DNA from: a bacterium
GTDB lineage: Bacteria > Patescibacteriota > Dojkabacteria > JAKAPS01 > JAJZLI01
Reading direction: 5' to 3'
DNA: 64,000 nt
Assembly: GCA_021846685.1 (NCBI GenBank)
Contig: JAJZWL010000001.1
Span: forward strand, 71,484 to 135,483
Below, in pieces: positions 49,917-60,765 of the stretch; the first letter of the stretch is position 1; every line of letters begins with the position of its first letter. The notes beneath the pieces are model-generated. The model was given only the letters and a program-made list of their open reading frames with translations. It searched no databases and was not told the DNA's origin. A program made the translations under genes and the position numbers.

Positions 49917-50440
49917 AAATGTCTTACTATCATAGGAATTTCTGTCATTCGATATCTTTGTAAGCTTAATATTTTTAAAGCTGCAATTCTATATCTGCCA
50001 TCATTTATTATATAATATTTACCTTCTTTTTCCATACAATCAATAGGAAATTAAACTAAGAAATTATTATCTCCTGATAAAATTTCTGTATCATATCTTT
50101 AAGATCTGCAATATTTCTTAAACTTTCATTATGTAAAAAACTGTCTACATAAATATTCTAACCTATAACCTTATTTATATCTATAAATTTTAATTCTTCA
50201 CTTGAGATGTTTGTTCTTATAATATCTATCTTTTAAGGAATTATTTTTTGTAATATTTCTATTGCTTGATCAATTATTATAGAATCTTGTTCTTTTGTAT
50301 CTATATTATCTATATAGGACAAGGCTAACTTTTTAGAATCGTCACTATCTATGTAGTCGCCCATAACTATATCTAATTCACTCCCTATATTTATGATTGC
50401 AAGAAATGTATTTGGATGTATAGGATCTATTTTTTCTGCA
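49910..50440 (-). pseudogene. Fragmented gene with a ParB/Srx-like C-terminal motif
   Basis: Minus strand FPIDCMEKEGK, frameshift, YIINDGRYRIAALK...IPMIV; several frame breaks. Confidence 0.45.
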
Positions 50441-50570
50441 TTTTTTGATTACCTAATGAATCTGAATCAAACACACTCTTATTTTTACATAGATATCCTA
50501 TAGAAGCCAGTATGGTGGATGTTTTTTATGAGTGTAAAACAAATAATAATAATAATATGTATATTAATAT

Positions 50571-51338
50571 ATGGAGTATTATTATTTATTAAATTATTTA
50601 AATTCAAATCTAAGTCTTTTTATAGATGATATTATCCTGAAGAAAGATTACAGTCTCTTTTTTTCTGATACAGATAGAAGGGAATATTGGAATTCTTGTT
50701 TTAATTTTAATTTGGAAAGTGTTTCTTTGAAGAAAATTGAAGATGAATTTTATTCAAGAAATCTTAATCCTTCATTTTGGATAACTGATAGTGATTATAA
50801 AACACGTCAAATATTACAAAATTCTTCTTATATAAATAGGAAGACAGATTATTGGATGATATTAGAGGATAAAAAAAAGTTTCAAATAGATAAATTAGAT
50901 ATTCAGAAAGTTATTAATCAGAAACATATTAATGATTATATGGAAGTATTCTTTTCTGAGTATAATGATAAATATTTAAAATATCACAAGATGTTAAATG
51001 ATAGATTATGGAGTAAATCTATTCAGTCATATATTCTCTATGAAGATAAAGTGCCTGTATCAATAGGTTCTGAAACTGAATTTGATGATATAGGATTAAT
51101 ACAGTCCTTAGTAACAAGAGAAGAATATCGTCATAAAAGTTATGGATATAATGTGTGTAGGAGTATTATTAATGATTCTAATGCGAGTAAATTTTTTTTA
51201 AGATCTGATATTAATGGTAGCGGTATTAAGTTATATCAAAATTTAGGATTTAAAGAATTAATGAGAATAGGAATTTTTTCAAAGAAGAAAATAAAAGATC
51301 TGAAATTTATTCAAAAAATGAAATATTATAGAAAATAG
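50571..51338 (+). CDS. GNAT family N-acetyltransferase
   Basis: LVTREEYRHKSYG acetyl-CoA motif, LYQNLGF. Confidence 0.82.
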   Translation: MEYYYLLNYLNSNLSLFIDDIILKKDYSLFFSDTDRREYWNSCFNFNLESVSLKKIEDEFYSRNLNPSFWITDSDYKTRQILQNSSYINRKTDYWMILEDKKKFQIDKLDIQKVINQKHINDYMEVFFSEYNDKYLKYHKMLNDRLWSKSIQSYILYEDKVPVSIGSETEFDDIGLIQSLVTREEYRHKSYGYNVCRSIINDSNASKFFLRSDINGSGIKLYQNLGFKELMRIGIFSKKKIKDLKFIQKMKYYRK

Positions 51339-51525
51339 ATTAAATTTTTGATATAATCCATTTATGTCGTCAGTAATAGATATGTTAACAGATATACTAA
51401 TAAGTTTTTTGACTTGTGGTACCGCTGTGTTTATTCTACTTTTTTCTTTAGCCTTGATATTAGGCTTTTCTGCTTCTATTTTCTTTCATATACACATATA
51501 ATGTTTATTATTAATAATAAATCTA

Positions 51526-52071
51526 ATGCCTTATATATATATAGGTAATAAAAAAATATCTTATACTGTAAAGAAAAGTAAAAAGGCTAGAAATATAAGG
51601 TTGTCAGTATATAAAGATAATGAAATTAGGGTTACTGTCCCTTATCGTTATAATATAGATAATATTGATCAGTTATTACTTAATAAATCTGATTGGATAC
51701 TAAAGTCAATTTCAGAAAATAGTAAAAATTTTATAATAGAAGAAGCTGCTGAATTTTCCGTTTTAAAAAATGAGTATTTAAAATATATCACAGGTAGAGT
51801 TATATATTTAAATTCTTTTTATAATTTTAATTATCAAAAAATCACTTTGAGAAAATCAAAAACCAGATGGGGCAGTTGTTCTATAAATGGCAATTTAAAT
51901 TTTAATTATAAAATATATTATTTACCTCAAAAATTTTCTGATTACATAATTATTCATGAGCTTTGTCATCTAAAAGAGTTTAATCATTCTTCGAATTTTT
52001 GGGCTCTAGTAAAGGGTAGGATTCCTGAGTATAAAGAGATAAAAAAAGAATTAAAAAGGTATTCTTTATAA
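51526..52071 (+). CDS. YgjP/DUF45 family zinc metalloprotein
   Basis: KTRWGSCS, YIIIHELCHL...NHS..FW. Confidence 0.9.
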   Translation: MPYIYIGNKKISYTVKKSKKARNIRLSVYKDNEIRVTVPYRYNIDNIDQLLLNKSDWILKSISENSKNFIIEEAAEFSVLKNEYLKYITGRVIYLNSFYNFNYQKITLRKSKTRWGSCSINGNLNFNYKIYYLPQKFSDYIIIHELCHLKEFNHSSNFWALVKGRIPEYKEIKKELKRYSL

Positions 52072-52199
52072 TTTATATAAATTACTCTATAATTATATAA
52101 AATACAGATTTACAAATATTAGTATATATGATATATTGTTCTTGCAATATAACTTGTTTATTTGTATAATCTCTTTGTTTAATTTAGTTAAAAAAAAAT

Positions 52200-53399
52200 A
52201 TGGCAGCCTTTGATAGAACAAAACCTCATAAAAACGTTGGTACTATTGGTCACGTTGATCATGGTAAGACAACTTTAACAGCAGCAATATTAAAAGTATT
52301 GTCAGCAGCTGGTTACGCAGCACAAAATAAGAGTGTAGATAATTTAGACGCAGCTCCTGAAGAAAAAGCTAGAGGAGTAACTATAGCTACAGCTCATACA
52401 GAGTATGAAACTGAGAAAAATCACTATGCTCATGTTGATTGTCCAGGACACGCAGATTATGTTAAGAATATGATTACAGGGGCAGCTCAAATGGATGGAG
52501 CTATATTAGTTGTTGCAGCTACAGATGGACCTATGCCTCAAACAAGAGAACATATACTTTTAGCAAGACAAGTTGGAGTACCTAAGATAGTTGTATTCCT
52601 TAATAAGGTAGATATGGTAGATGATCCTGAATTGGTTGATCTAGTAGAAATGGAAGTAAGAGAATTACTTTCTAAGTATGATTTTGATGGAGACGAAACT
52701 CCAATAGTTAGAGGAAGTGCTTTGAAAGCATTAGAATGTGGATGCGGAAAATCTGACTGTGAATGGTGTGGTCCAATTTTAACATTAATGAATAATGTAG
52801 ATGATTATATTCCTATTCCAGACAGAGAAGTAGATAAACCTTTCTTAATGCCTATCGAAGATGTATTTTCTATAGAAGGTAGAGGGACAGTTGCTACAGG
52901 AAGAGTCGAAAGAGGAACTCTTAAAGTAGGAGAAGAAGTTGATATTGTCGGATTAAGAGAAGATATCAGAAAATCAGTTGTTACAGGTGTAGAAATGTTT
53001 AATAAGTCATTGGAGACTGCACAAGCAGGAGATAATGTTGGTTTATTACTAAGAGGATTTAAAAGAGAGGATATTCAAAGAGGAGAGGTTGTTGCTAAAG
53101 TTGGGAGTGTTACTCCTCATACTGAATTTGAAAGTGAAGTATATATATTGACTAAAGAAGAAGGTGGAAGGCATTCTCAATTTGTTTCTGGATATAGACC
53201 TCAATTTTATATTAGAACTACAGATGTTACAGGAGAGATACAATTACCAGAGGGTGTAGAGTGTGCTCTTCCTGGAGATAATATAAAAATGATAGTAAGG
53301 TTAATTAATCCAGTAGCATTAGAAGCTGGAGTTAGATTTGCTATTAGAGAAGGTGGTAGAACAGTTGGAGCAGGAGTTATAAGTAAGATTATTAAGTAA
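52200..53399 (+). CDS. tuf: Elongation factor Tu
   Basis: [23 protein letters not shown], full-length. Confidence 0.99.
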   Translation: MAAFDRTKPHKNVGTIGHVDHGKTTLTAAILKVLSAAGYAAQNKSVDNLDAAPEEKARGVTIATAHTEYETEKNHYAHVDCPGHADYVKNMITGAAQMDGAILVVAATDGPMPQTREHILLARQVGVPKIVVFLNKVDMVDDPELVDLVEMEVRELLSKYDFDGDETPIVRGSALKALECGCGKSDCEWCGPILTLMNNVDDYIPIPDREVDKPFLMPIEDVFSIEGRGTVATGRVERGTLKVGEEVDIVGLREDIRKSVVTGVEMFNKSLETAQAGDNVGLLLRGFKREDIQRGEVVAKVGSVTPHTEFESEVYILTKEEGGRHSQFVSGYRPQFYIRTTDVTGEIQLPEGVECALPGDNIKMIVRLINPVALEAGVRFAIREGGRTVGAGVISKIIK

Positions 53400-53419
53400 A
53401 AAGGTTCTTTTATATATTT

Positions 53420-53725
53420 ATGGAAAACAAGAGAATAAGGGTAAAATTGAAAGGTTTTGATGTACAGATTTTGGATAAATCTGCTCAAAAGATTATTGAT
53501 GCAGCAATTTCTTCTGGTGCAAAAACATCTGGGCCGATACCATTACCTACTTCTATTAAAAAATATACAGTAGTAAGGTCTCCTCATATAGATAAAAGAT
53601 CTATGGAGACCTTTGAAATGAAGATTCATAAAAGACTTATTGATATACTCTCTCCTACAGGAAAAACAATTGATACTCTTACTCATTTACAACTCCCTGT
53701 AGGTGTTGGAATAGAAATTAAATAG
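53420..53725 (+). CDS. rpsJ: 30S ribosomal protein S10
   Basis: GPIPLPT, RSPH..K.S.E.FE. Confidence 0.98.
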   Translation: MENKRIRVKLKGFDVQILDKSAQKIIDAAISSGAKTSGPIPLPTSIKKYTVVRSPHIDKRSMETFEMKIHKRLIDILSPTGKTIDTLTHLQLPVGVGIEIK

Positions 53726-53774
53726 ATTTTAAATTAGTTTTTTTAAATACAGAGGTTTTATCTGTATTATTATT

Positions 53775-54371
53775 ATGAAAGGAATATTAGGTATTAAAAA
53801 AGATATGACTCAAATTTTCAGAGAGGATGGAAATGTAATTCCGGTAACCTTGATAGATACTGAAGGTTGTTTTGTATGTGCTGAAAAAAAATCTAAAACA
53901 GATGGATATGATGCAACAGTCTTGGGAATTGGATTAAAAAAGCATCCTACAAAGCCTGAAAAGGGTAAATATAAAAAATTGCATACTCCTCAGTTTGCAA
54001 GAGAATTTGGAAGAATTGAAGAGGTAACGGTAGGAGATAAAATTTTATCAAATATTTTTGAGGTAGGAGAAAAGGTGAATATTTCTGGAGTTAGTAAAGG
54101 TAAAGGTTTTACTGGTGTTGTTAAAAGATGGGGATTTCATGGTGGACCAAGGACTCATGGACAATCTGATAAAGAAAGGCATGGAGGTTCAATAGGATCA
54201 GGGACTACTCCAGGTAATGTTAAAAAGGGGAAAAAAATGCCAGGTAGATCTGGAGGAGATAAGATCATTGTTAAAAATTTGGAAATTGTTGAAATTAAAG
54301 ATGACATTTTAGTAGTAAAAGGAGCAATTCCTGGAGCTAGAGGTGGTTTAGTTATTATAAAGTCAGAATGA
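53775..54371 (+). CDS. rplC: 50S ribosomal protein L3
   Basis: G.K..MTQIF, SKGKGF.G..KRWGF. Confidence 0.98.
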   Translation: MKGILGIKKDMTQIFREDGNVIPVTLIDTEGCFVCAEKKSKTDGYDATVLGIGLKKHPTKPEKGKYKKLHTPQFAREFGRIEEVTVGDKILSNIFEVGEKVNISGVSKGKGFTGVVKRWGFHGGPRTHGQSDKERHGGSIGSGTTPGNVKKGKKMPGRSGGDKIIVKNLEIVEIKDDILVVKGAIPGARGGLVIIKSE

Positions 54372-55003
54372 AGATAGATTTATACTCTCAAAAAGGAGTT
54401 AAAAGTACAAAAAAAATAGATATTAAAGATGAAATTTTTAAATATGAAGTTAATCAAAATTTGATTAATCAGTATATCTATATACATCTTGTTAATACAA
54501 GGCAAGGTACTAGATCTACAAAAGGAAGAGGTGAGGTATCAGGAACTGGGAAAAAACCTTGGAAGAATAATAAAGTTGCTAAGGCAAGGACTGGAAGTTT
54601 AAGAACTAATATTTTTAGAGGAGGAGGAGTTTCTCATGGGCCTAAACCTATGCGATTTGAATTATCAATGCCTTTAAAAATGAGAAGAAGAGCTTTGTAT
54701 TCTGCTTTATCTACAAAAATGAATGCTAAAGAAATTATTTTTATAGATAAACTCAAATTTTCCGAAGGAAAATTAACTAAACAAGGGTTAGAATTTTTAT
54801 CTGGATTTTCTTTAGAAGGTGTTAAAACATTGATTGTTACAGATAAAAAAGATGATAAACTTCTGAATGTATTCTCTAATATTGACAAAATTAGATTATT
54901 GTCTTCTAATTATATTAATGCATATGATATCCTAAATTATAGAAAAATATTATTTTTGAAAGATTCTTTGGAAAATATTCCGGGATATAAAGATTTAAAA
55001 TGA
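54368..55003 (+). CDS. rplD: 50S ribosomal protein L4
   Basis: RQGT.STK.RGEVSG.GKKPW, GGG..HGPKP. Confidence 0.97.
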   Translation: MKIDLYSQKGVKSTKKIDIKDEIFKYEVNQNLINQYIYIHLVNTRQGTRSTKGRGEVSGTGKKPWKNNKVAKARTGSLRTNIFRGGGVSHGPKPMRFELSMPLKMRRRALYSALSTKMNAKEIIFIDKLKFSEGKLTKQGLEFLSGFSLEGVKTLIVTDKKDDKLLNVFSNIDKIRLLSSNYINAYDILNYRKILFLKDSLENIPGYKDLK

Positions 55004-55386
55004 GAAAGTCCGATGTTTTAATAAAACCTATATTATCTGAAAAAGTACTAAGAGGAGTTGCTTCTGGTTGGTATGGTTTTGTAGTAGAGAGACATTCTGA
55101 TAAAATAGGTGTAAAATCTGCAGTAGAAAAAGCTTTTGGTGTTGATGTTATTGAAGTAAGATTGCTAGCTAAGAAAGGAAAGCAGGTAAGAGATATAAAT
55201 ATAAAGACAAGGTTAGTCAGACATAAAAGAACTGATCTTAAGAAAGCATATGTGAAATTAAAAGCTGGACAAGTAATTAATTTGTTAGGAGAGGATAAAG
55301 AGAAAGATGCAAAGAAGTTAAAAACTAAGAAAGGAAAAGTAGAAGATAAAAAGAAATTAAAAGAGGTTAAGAATGAAAAAGAATAA
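55000..55386 (+). CDS. rplW: 50S ribosomal protein L23 (Lys-rich C-terminal extension)
   Basis: P.LSEK, K.AVE..F.V.V, KKAYVKL. Confidence 0.93.
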   Translation: MRKSDVLIKPILSEKVLRGVASGWYGFVVERHSDKIGVKSAVEKAFGVDVIEVRLLAKKGKQVRDINIKTRLVRHKRTDLKKAYVKLKAGQVINLLGEDKEKDAKKLKTKKGKVEDKKKLKEVKNEKE

Positions 55387-56227
55387 TATAAAAACAATGA
55401 AGACATATAATCCAGTAACACCTACGTTAAGGCATACTGTATTGGTTTCTAAAGATGGAGTAAGGAAAAATAATCCAGAAAAATCTTTATTAAAGAAGTT
55501 AAAATCTCACTCAGGTAGAAATTCTAGAGGAGTAATCACAGTAAGGCATCAGGGCGGAGGAGTAAAGAGAATGTATAGAATTATTGATTTTAAAAGAGAT
55601 AAATATGATATACCTTCTAAAGTTGCAAGAATAGAATATGATCCATATAGAACCGCTAGAATAGCTTTATTACACTATACAGACGGAGAAAAAAGGTATA
55701 TAATTGCTCCTGTTGGGCTTAAAGAAGGAGACTCTGTTATTTCTGGGAATAATGTTCCAATAGAAATTGGAAATTCACTTCCCTTGAGAAATATACCAAT
55801 AGGTTCTGAGATATATAATATTGAGCTTACTAAAGGTAGAGGTGGAATTTTAGTTAGAAGCGCAGGAAATGCCGCAAAGTTACAATCAATAGAGAATGAT
55901 ATAGCATTGGTTAAACTTCCTTCAGGAGAAGTAAGATATATCAGAGCTGAAAATTTTGCTAGTCTTGGTAGAGTTGGAAATACTGATCATGGAAATCAGA
56001 AGCTTGGAAAAGCAGGTAGGTCAAGGTATTTGGGAATAAGACCTTCAGTAAGAGGTATGGCTATGCATCCTAATCAGCATCCTCATGGAGGAGGAGAAGG
56101 AAAGGGACAAGTCGGAGGTATATCTAAAGATCTTTGGGGTCACAGAAGAGGAACTAAAACTAGAAGGAATAAAAGGACAGAAAAGTATATATTAATTACC
56201 AGAAAAGGTAGAAGATTAAAGAGATAA
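55373..56227 (+). CDS. rplB: 50S ribosomal protein L2
   Basis: GRN..G.ITVRH.GGG, YDP.RTA.IAL, HPHGGGEG. Confidence 0.98.
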   Translation: MKKNNIKTMKTYNPVTPTLRHTVLVSKDGVRKNNPEKSLLKKLKSHSGRNSRGVITVRHQGGGVKRMYRIIDFKRDKYDIPSKVARIEYDPYRTARIALLHYTDGEKRYIIAPVGLKEGDSVISGNNVPIEIGNSLPLRNIPIGSEIYNIELTKGRGGILVRSAGNAAKLQSIENDIALVKLPSGEVRYIRAENFASLGRVGNTDHGNQKLGKAGRSRYLGIRPSVRGMAMHPNQHPHGGGEGKGQVGGISKDLWGHRRGTKTRRNKRTEKYILITRKGRRLKR

Positions 56228-56230
56228 ATT

Positions 56231-56533
56231 ATGTCAAGATCAAGTAAAAAAGGTCCTTACGTAGACCAAAAATTATTAAAAAAGATATTAAGACAGAAAG
56301 AGAGTGGAGATAGAAAGCCTATCAAAACTTGGGCTAGAAACTGTACTATTGCGCCTGAAATGGTAGGATTTACTATCGCAGTACATAATGGGAGACATCA
56401 TATTCCTGTTTTAGTGAATGAATCAATGGTAGGACATAAATTAGGTGAGTTTTCTATAACAAGGACATTTAGAGGTCATAGTAAAAAGGGTAAAATTGCT
56501 CAATCACATGGTAGTGTAGGAAGAGTTGAATAA
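56231..56533 (+). CDS. rpsS: 30S ribosomal protein S19
   Basis: [15 protein letters not shown]. Confidence 0.98.
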   Translation: MSRSSKKGPYVDQKLLKKILRQKESGDRKPIKTWARNCTIAPEMVGFTIAVHNGRHHIPVLVNESMVGHKLGEFSITRTFRGHSKKGKIAQSHGSVGRVE

Positions 56534-56550
56534 TATAGAATATATAAAAT

Positions 56551-56910
56551 ATGGAAAATAAAAAAATAGCATTAGCAAAAATTAAAAACATAAAAGGATC
56601 TGCAAGAAAGACTAGATTGGTTGTGAATGCTATTAGAAAATTATCTCCAGAGGTTGCTTTGGAAAATTTGCAATTTATGAATTATAGAAATTCTGAAGTT
56701 GTTTCTAAAGTTATAAAAACTGCTATTAATAATGCTAATCTTTCAAAGATGCAAACTCCATATAAGTTTGAAGAGATAAGAGTAGATGAAGGTATAACAA
56801 GAAAGGGATTAAGGTTTAAGGGTAGGGCTAATGTTGAAATCTTAAGTAAGAGATATTGTAATATTACTGTTAAAATTAGTGAATTAAAAAAAGATGGGAA
56901 GGAAAGTTAA
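56551..56910 (+). CDS. rplV: 50S ribosomal protein L22
   Basis: S.RK.RLV...IR, A.NNA, VDEG. Confidence 0.95.
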   Translation: MENKKIALAKIKNIKGSARKTRLVVNAIRKLSPEVALENLQFMNYRNSEVVSKVIKTAINNANLSKMQTPYKFEEIRVDEGITRKGLRFKGRANVEILSKRYCNITVKISELKKDGKES

Positions 56911-57547
56911 TCCTGTAGGATTCAGGATAGGAATAAATAAAAATTATAAATCTTTATGGTTTGCTGAGGGAGATATATACAAAAAACAGCTCCAGGAAGA
57001 TTTAAATGTTAGAAAATTTCTTAAAAAATCTTTGAAATCTGCGGGAATAGGAGAAATTACTATAAAAAGGTCTTTAAATAATGTAATTATAGATATTTCT
57101 GTCGCAAGGCCAGGGGTAGTTATAGGAAAAGGTGGTCAAGGTTTGGAAGATTTAAAAAAGACACTAGATGTAATGTTTGGAAGTGGTGTACATTTAGATG
57201 TTCACGATATCAAAAAGCCAGAGTTATGTGCTATGATTGTCTCTCAAAATATTGTTGATGGAGTATTGAAAAGGATGTCAGCAAAATTTTTGATGGAAAG
57301 AGAATTGATTAAAATTAGGGAGGGAGGAGCATTAGGTGCTAAAATACAGGTGTCAGGAAGAGTTAATGGATCTGAAATTCATAGAACTGATAAAGTAAAA
57401 TTTGGATCAGTTCCACTTCAGACACTTAGAGCAGATATAGATTATTCTGATAATTATGCTAAAACAAAAAGTTTTGGTGTTTTAGGTGTAAAGGTTTGGA
57501 TCTATAAAGGAGAAAAAAATTATATGGATGAGGATACTGGATCATGA
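56894..57547 (+). CDS. rpsC: 30S ribosomal protein S3
   Basis: MGRKVNP.GFR.G, RPG.VIGK.G, VPLQTLRADIDY. Confidence 0.98.
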   Translation: MGRKVNPVGFRIGINKNYKSLWFAEGDIYKKQLQEDLNVRKFLKKSLKSAGIGEITIKRSLNNVIIDISVARPGVVIGKGGQGLEDLKKTLDVMFGSGVHLDVHDIKKPELCAMIVSQNIVDGVLKRMSAKFLMERELIKIREGGALGAKIQVSGRVNGSEIHRTDKVKFGSVPLQTLRADIDYSDNYAKTKSFGVLGVKVWIYKGEKNYMDEDTGS

Positions 57548-57963
57548 TAATGCAACCAAAAAGACAAAAATATAGAAGAACTTTTAGAGGTGATCTTACT
57601 AAGGTTGCTAGTAATGGTTATACTTTGAGCTTTGGAGAATATGGACTAAAAGCTATGACTTCTGGGTTGATGACTGCAAGGCAAATTGAGTCTGCAAGGA
57701 AAACCATTACACATTATACTAAGAGAGGTGGTAAAATATGGATAAGAGTTTTTCCATATATGCCTCTTACAAAAAAATCAGAAGGTTCCAAAATGGGTTC
57801 TGGTAAAGGAAATGTTGTAGGTTTTGGGACTCCTATAAAAGCTGGTAGTATTTTATTTGAAATCGTAGGAGTTAATGAAGATATTGCAAAAGAAGCATTT
57901 AGATTAGCTTCTCATAAAATACCTTTTAAAGTAAAATTTGTTAGAGTTTCGGATCAATTTTAA
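57544..57963 (+). CDS. rplP: 50S ribosomal protein L16
   Basis: PKR.KYR, QIESAR, MGSGKG. Confidence 0.98.
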   Translation: MIMQPKRQKYRRTFRGDLTKVASNGYTLSFGEYGLKAMTSGLMTARQIESARKTITHYTKRGGKIWIRVFPYMPLTKKSEGSKMGSGKGNVVGFGTPIKAGSILFEIVGVNEDIAKEAFRLASHKIPFKVKFVRVSDQF

Positions 57964-57968
57964 AAATT

Positions 57969-58193
57969 ATGGATACAGTAAATATAAGAAAATTAAATAG
58001 AATAGAGATTCATAAGGAAATTAATAAACTTCAGGATGAATTATTGAAGAAAAAAATGTCTTTGAGGTTACAGTTAACTCAAAAATCTTCAAGTGAAGGT
58101 ATAAATGTATCTGAAATAGGTAAAATAAAAAAACAAATAGCAAGATTTCAAACTATTTTAAATGAAAAAGTTTACTTAGAAAATAAAGAATAA
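57969..58193 (+). CDS. rpmC: 50S ribosomal protein L29
   Basis: Operon position; IKKQIAR..T.L.E. Confidence 0.88.
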   Translation: MDTVNIRKLNRIEIHKEINKLQDELLKKKMSLRLQLTQKSSSEGINVSEIGKIKKQIARFQTILNEKVYLENKE

Positions 58194-58642
58194 TGGCAGA
58201 TAAAAAAATAATAAAAAAAACAATAACAGAGAAAAAAGTACCAGTAGCTAAAAAAACTGTTACTAAAGAAGTATCATCTAAGATAGTGAAGCCAGTAGCT
58301 AAAAAAACTGTTTTAAAAACAAAGAGTGTGAAGAAGGATGTCCTTGTTAAAAAAGTGAAGACACCTAAAAAAGAGATCTTAGATATAGATAAGAAAATTT
58401 CTCATAAAAGAAGATTAAAGGCTATTGTATTAAAAGATAATAGTGTGGCTCATAAATTCTTGAATGTAGAAGTTACTAGATATGTTGCACATCCTTTATA
58501 TAAGAAAATGATAAAGAGAAAAAAGAAATATTTGGTATCATGTCCTCAAGATGTGGATTTTGTATTAGGAGAGAGAGTTTTGATAGAAGAGACAAGCCCT
58601 ATATCAAAAAGAATTAAATTTAAATATATATCTAAGGTATAA
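58193..58642 (+). CDS. rpsQ: 30S ribosomal protein S17 with Lys-rich N-terminal extension
   Basis: HPLYKK......KY, G..V.I.E..PISK. Confidence 0.9.
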   Translation: MADKKIIKKTITEKKVPVAKKTVTKEVSSKIVKPVAKKTVLKTKSVKKDVLVKKVKTPKKEILDIDKKISHKRRLKAIVLKDNSVAHKFLNVEVTRYVAHPLYKKMIKRKKKYLVSCPQDVDFVLGERVLIEETSPISKRIKFKYISKV

Positions 58643-58645
58643 ATT

Positions 58646-59017
58646 ATGTTACAAAAAGAATCTGTAATAAAATGTATTGATAATACTGGGGCAAAAGAGC
58701 TTAGGATAATTGGAACTTTAGGTGCTTCATTCAGAAGGTATTCTCGTATAGGAGATCGAGTAAAATGTTCTGTAGTAAAAGCTACTCCTTCTGGACAAAT
58801 ATCTATGCATGAAAAGGTAACTGCAGTTATTGTTAGAACTCGAAAAGAAACTAGAAGAAAAGATGGGTCATATATTAGGTTTGATGATAATGCGGCTGTT
58901 ATAATAGATGATAAAAATGGAGAACCTAAGGGGACTGCTGTTTTTGGGCCTGTTGCACGTGAATTAAGAGAGAGAGGCTATAATAAATTAGTTAGTTTAG
59001 CAAATGAAGTACTATGA
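58646..59017 (+). CDS. rplN: 50S ribosomal protein L14
   Basis: [23 protein letters not shown]. Confidence 0.98.
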   Translation: MLQKESVIKCIDNTGAKELRIIGTLGASFRRYSRIGDRVKCSVVKATPSGQISMHEKVTAVIVRTRKETRRKDGSYIRFDDNAAVIIDDKNGEPKGTAVFGPVARELRERGYNKLVSLANEVL

Positions 59018-59304
59018 AAATAAAACTAAATGATTCTGTAAAAATATTAAGTGGAAATAATAAAGGAAAAGTAGCAAAAGTTACTAAGGTGCTTTCTTCA
59101 AAAGGGAAAGCATATGTAGATGGTATTAATATCTATAAAAAGAATGTAAGAGGTCAAGGTATAGTAGATATTCAAAAGCCTATAAATGCTTCTATTTTAG
59201 GAGTTGTATGTCCTAAATGTGGGAAAACAACTAGAGTTGGTTATTCTATTAATGAAAAAGGATTTAAAGACAGAATTTGTATGAAGTGTAAGGATGTAAT
59301 ATGA
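59014..59304 (+). CDS. rplX: 50S ribosomal protein L24 (two CxxC motifs)
   Basis: KOW motif, V.G.N...K, CPKC...CMKC. Confidence 0.93.
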   Translation: MKIKLNDSVKILSGNNKGKVAKVTKVLSSKGKAYVDGINIYKKNVRGQGIVDIQKPINASILGVVCPKCGKTTRVGYSINEKGFKDRICMKCKDVI

Positions 59305-60020
59305 GAGGATTTATAGCAGGAAGGAATCCTGTTTTGTCTATTTTAAAAAAAAATAATATAAAAGTTGTAACTGTTAAAATAGATAAAAATGCTAAAGAAG
59401 ATAGTAAAATAAATGAAATCTTAGCTCTTTGTGAAAATAAAAATGTAAATATTATTTATGTAGATAGGAATACTTTAAGAGATTATTCTCAAAATCAAGG
59501 TATTGTTGCAGAATTTACAAAAGAAGATAATTTTGATTTGGAAGAAATTTTATTGAATAATCCTTTTATTATTATTTTAAGAGAGATTATGTATAAACAG
59601 AATTTTGGTGCTATAATAAGAACTTGTGATATAGCAGGTGTTAATCTTTTGGTGTTACCTAAAAAGAATAAGAATTTACATTTAGATAGTGAAGTTGCAA
59701 GAATCTCTGAGGGAGCTTCATTAAATATGAATTTTCTATATACGAATCTTTTTGAATTTATAGATAAATTAAAATTATTTAATGTTTCTATATTTGGAAT
59801 TGAAAATATAGGAGATGATATTTACTTTAACACTAACCTTAAAGGTTCTGTAGCATTTTTATTTGGATCTGAAGCTAGTTCAATATCAGAACCACTCACT
59901 AAAAGATGTGATAAAATACTAAAGATTCCTCAAAGTGAAAAAAGCACTTTGAATTCTTTAAATATAGCATCGTCTGTTAGTATAGTGGTTTATGAAAAAG
60001 TAAGACAAAATAGTATATGA
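59301..60020 (+). CDS. SpoU/TrmH-family (RlmB-like) RNA 2'-O-methyltransferase
   Basis: GRNPV, QGIVA, NFGAIIRT, GSE, IP......SLN.A......YE..RQ. Confidence 0.9.
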   Translation: MRGFIAGRNPVLSILKKNNIKVVTVKIDKNAKEDSKINEILALCENKNVNIIYVDRNTLRDYSQNQGIVAEFTKEDNFDLEEILLNNPFIIILREIMYKQNFGAIIRTCDIAGVNLLVLPKKNKNLHLDSEVARISEGASLNMNFLYTNLFEFIDKLKLFNVSIFGIENIGDDIYFNTNLKGSVAFLFGSEASSISEPLTKRCDKILKIPQSEKSTLNSLNIASSVSIVVYEKVRQNSI

Positions 60021-60556
60021 GTAATTTAAAAGAACAATATTACAATAAAATAAGAAAAGATATAAAAAAAGAGTTAAAACTTGATAATATATATGCTGTG
60101 CCTAATTTATCTAAGATTGTTATTAATTCAGGGGTATCAAGTGCTGTTTCTAATCCTGATTCATTAAATGATGTAAAGGATATTATGATAGCTATTTCAG
60201 GGCAATTACCTTTAGTTACAAAAGCAAGAGAATCTATCTCTAATTTTCATCTTAGAGAAGGTATGAATATAGGCTTAATGGTAACATTGAGGAATGATAG
60301 AATGTGGGATTTTTATGAAAAACTGGTAGAGATAGTTATTCCTAGATTTAGAGATTTTAGAGGTTTGAAAAAAAGTTCTTTTGATAAAAATGGTAATTAC
60401 AATTTAGGTATTCCAGATCATTCTGTGTTTCCTGAGGTTGTACAAATACACCTAGATAAGGTAAAATCACTACAGGTAACTATAGTGACTACTGCAAAAA
60501 ATAAAGAAGATGCAATAGTTTTATTTAATCACTTAGGGTTTCCTTTAGAAAAGTAA
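60017..60556 (+). CDS. rplE: 50S ribosomal protein L5
   Basis: VP.L.KIVIN.G, GQ.P..TKA..SISNF.LREG, PR.RDFRG. Confidence 0.98.
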   Translation: MSNLKEQYYNKIRKDIKKELKLDNIYAVPNLSKIVINSGVSSAVSNPDSLNDVKDIMIAISGQLPLVTKARESISNFHLREGMNIGLMVTLRNDRMWDFYEKLVEIVIPRFRDFRGLKKSSFDKNGNYNLGIPDHSVFPEVVQIHLDKVKSLQVTIVTTAKNKEDAIVLFNHLGFPLEK

Positions 60557-60560
60557 TATT

Positions 60561-60755
60561 ATGGCAAGAAAAGCTTTATTAGATAAACAACAAGAAAGAG
60601 TTAAAAAAATCAAGTATGATGTTAGAAAATATACAAGATGTTTACAGTGTGGTAGGTCTAAATCTGTATTTAGAGATTTTGGATTATGTAGGATATGTCT
60701 TAGGCATTTTATTTTAGAAGGAAAAATTCCAGGAGTTAGGAAATCTTCCTGGTAA
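60561..60755 (+). CDS. rpsZ: 30S ribosomal protein S14, zinc type
   Basis: RC..CGR......FGLCRIC.R, IPG..KSSW. Confidence 0.96.
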   Translation: MARKALLDKQQERVKKIKYDVRKYTRCLQCGRSKSVFRDFGLCRICLRHFILEGKIPGVRKSSW

Positions 60756-60765
60756 TATTATAATT

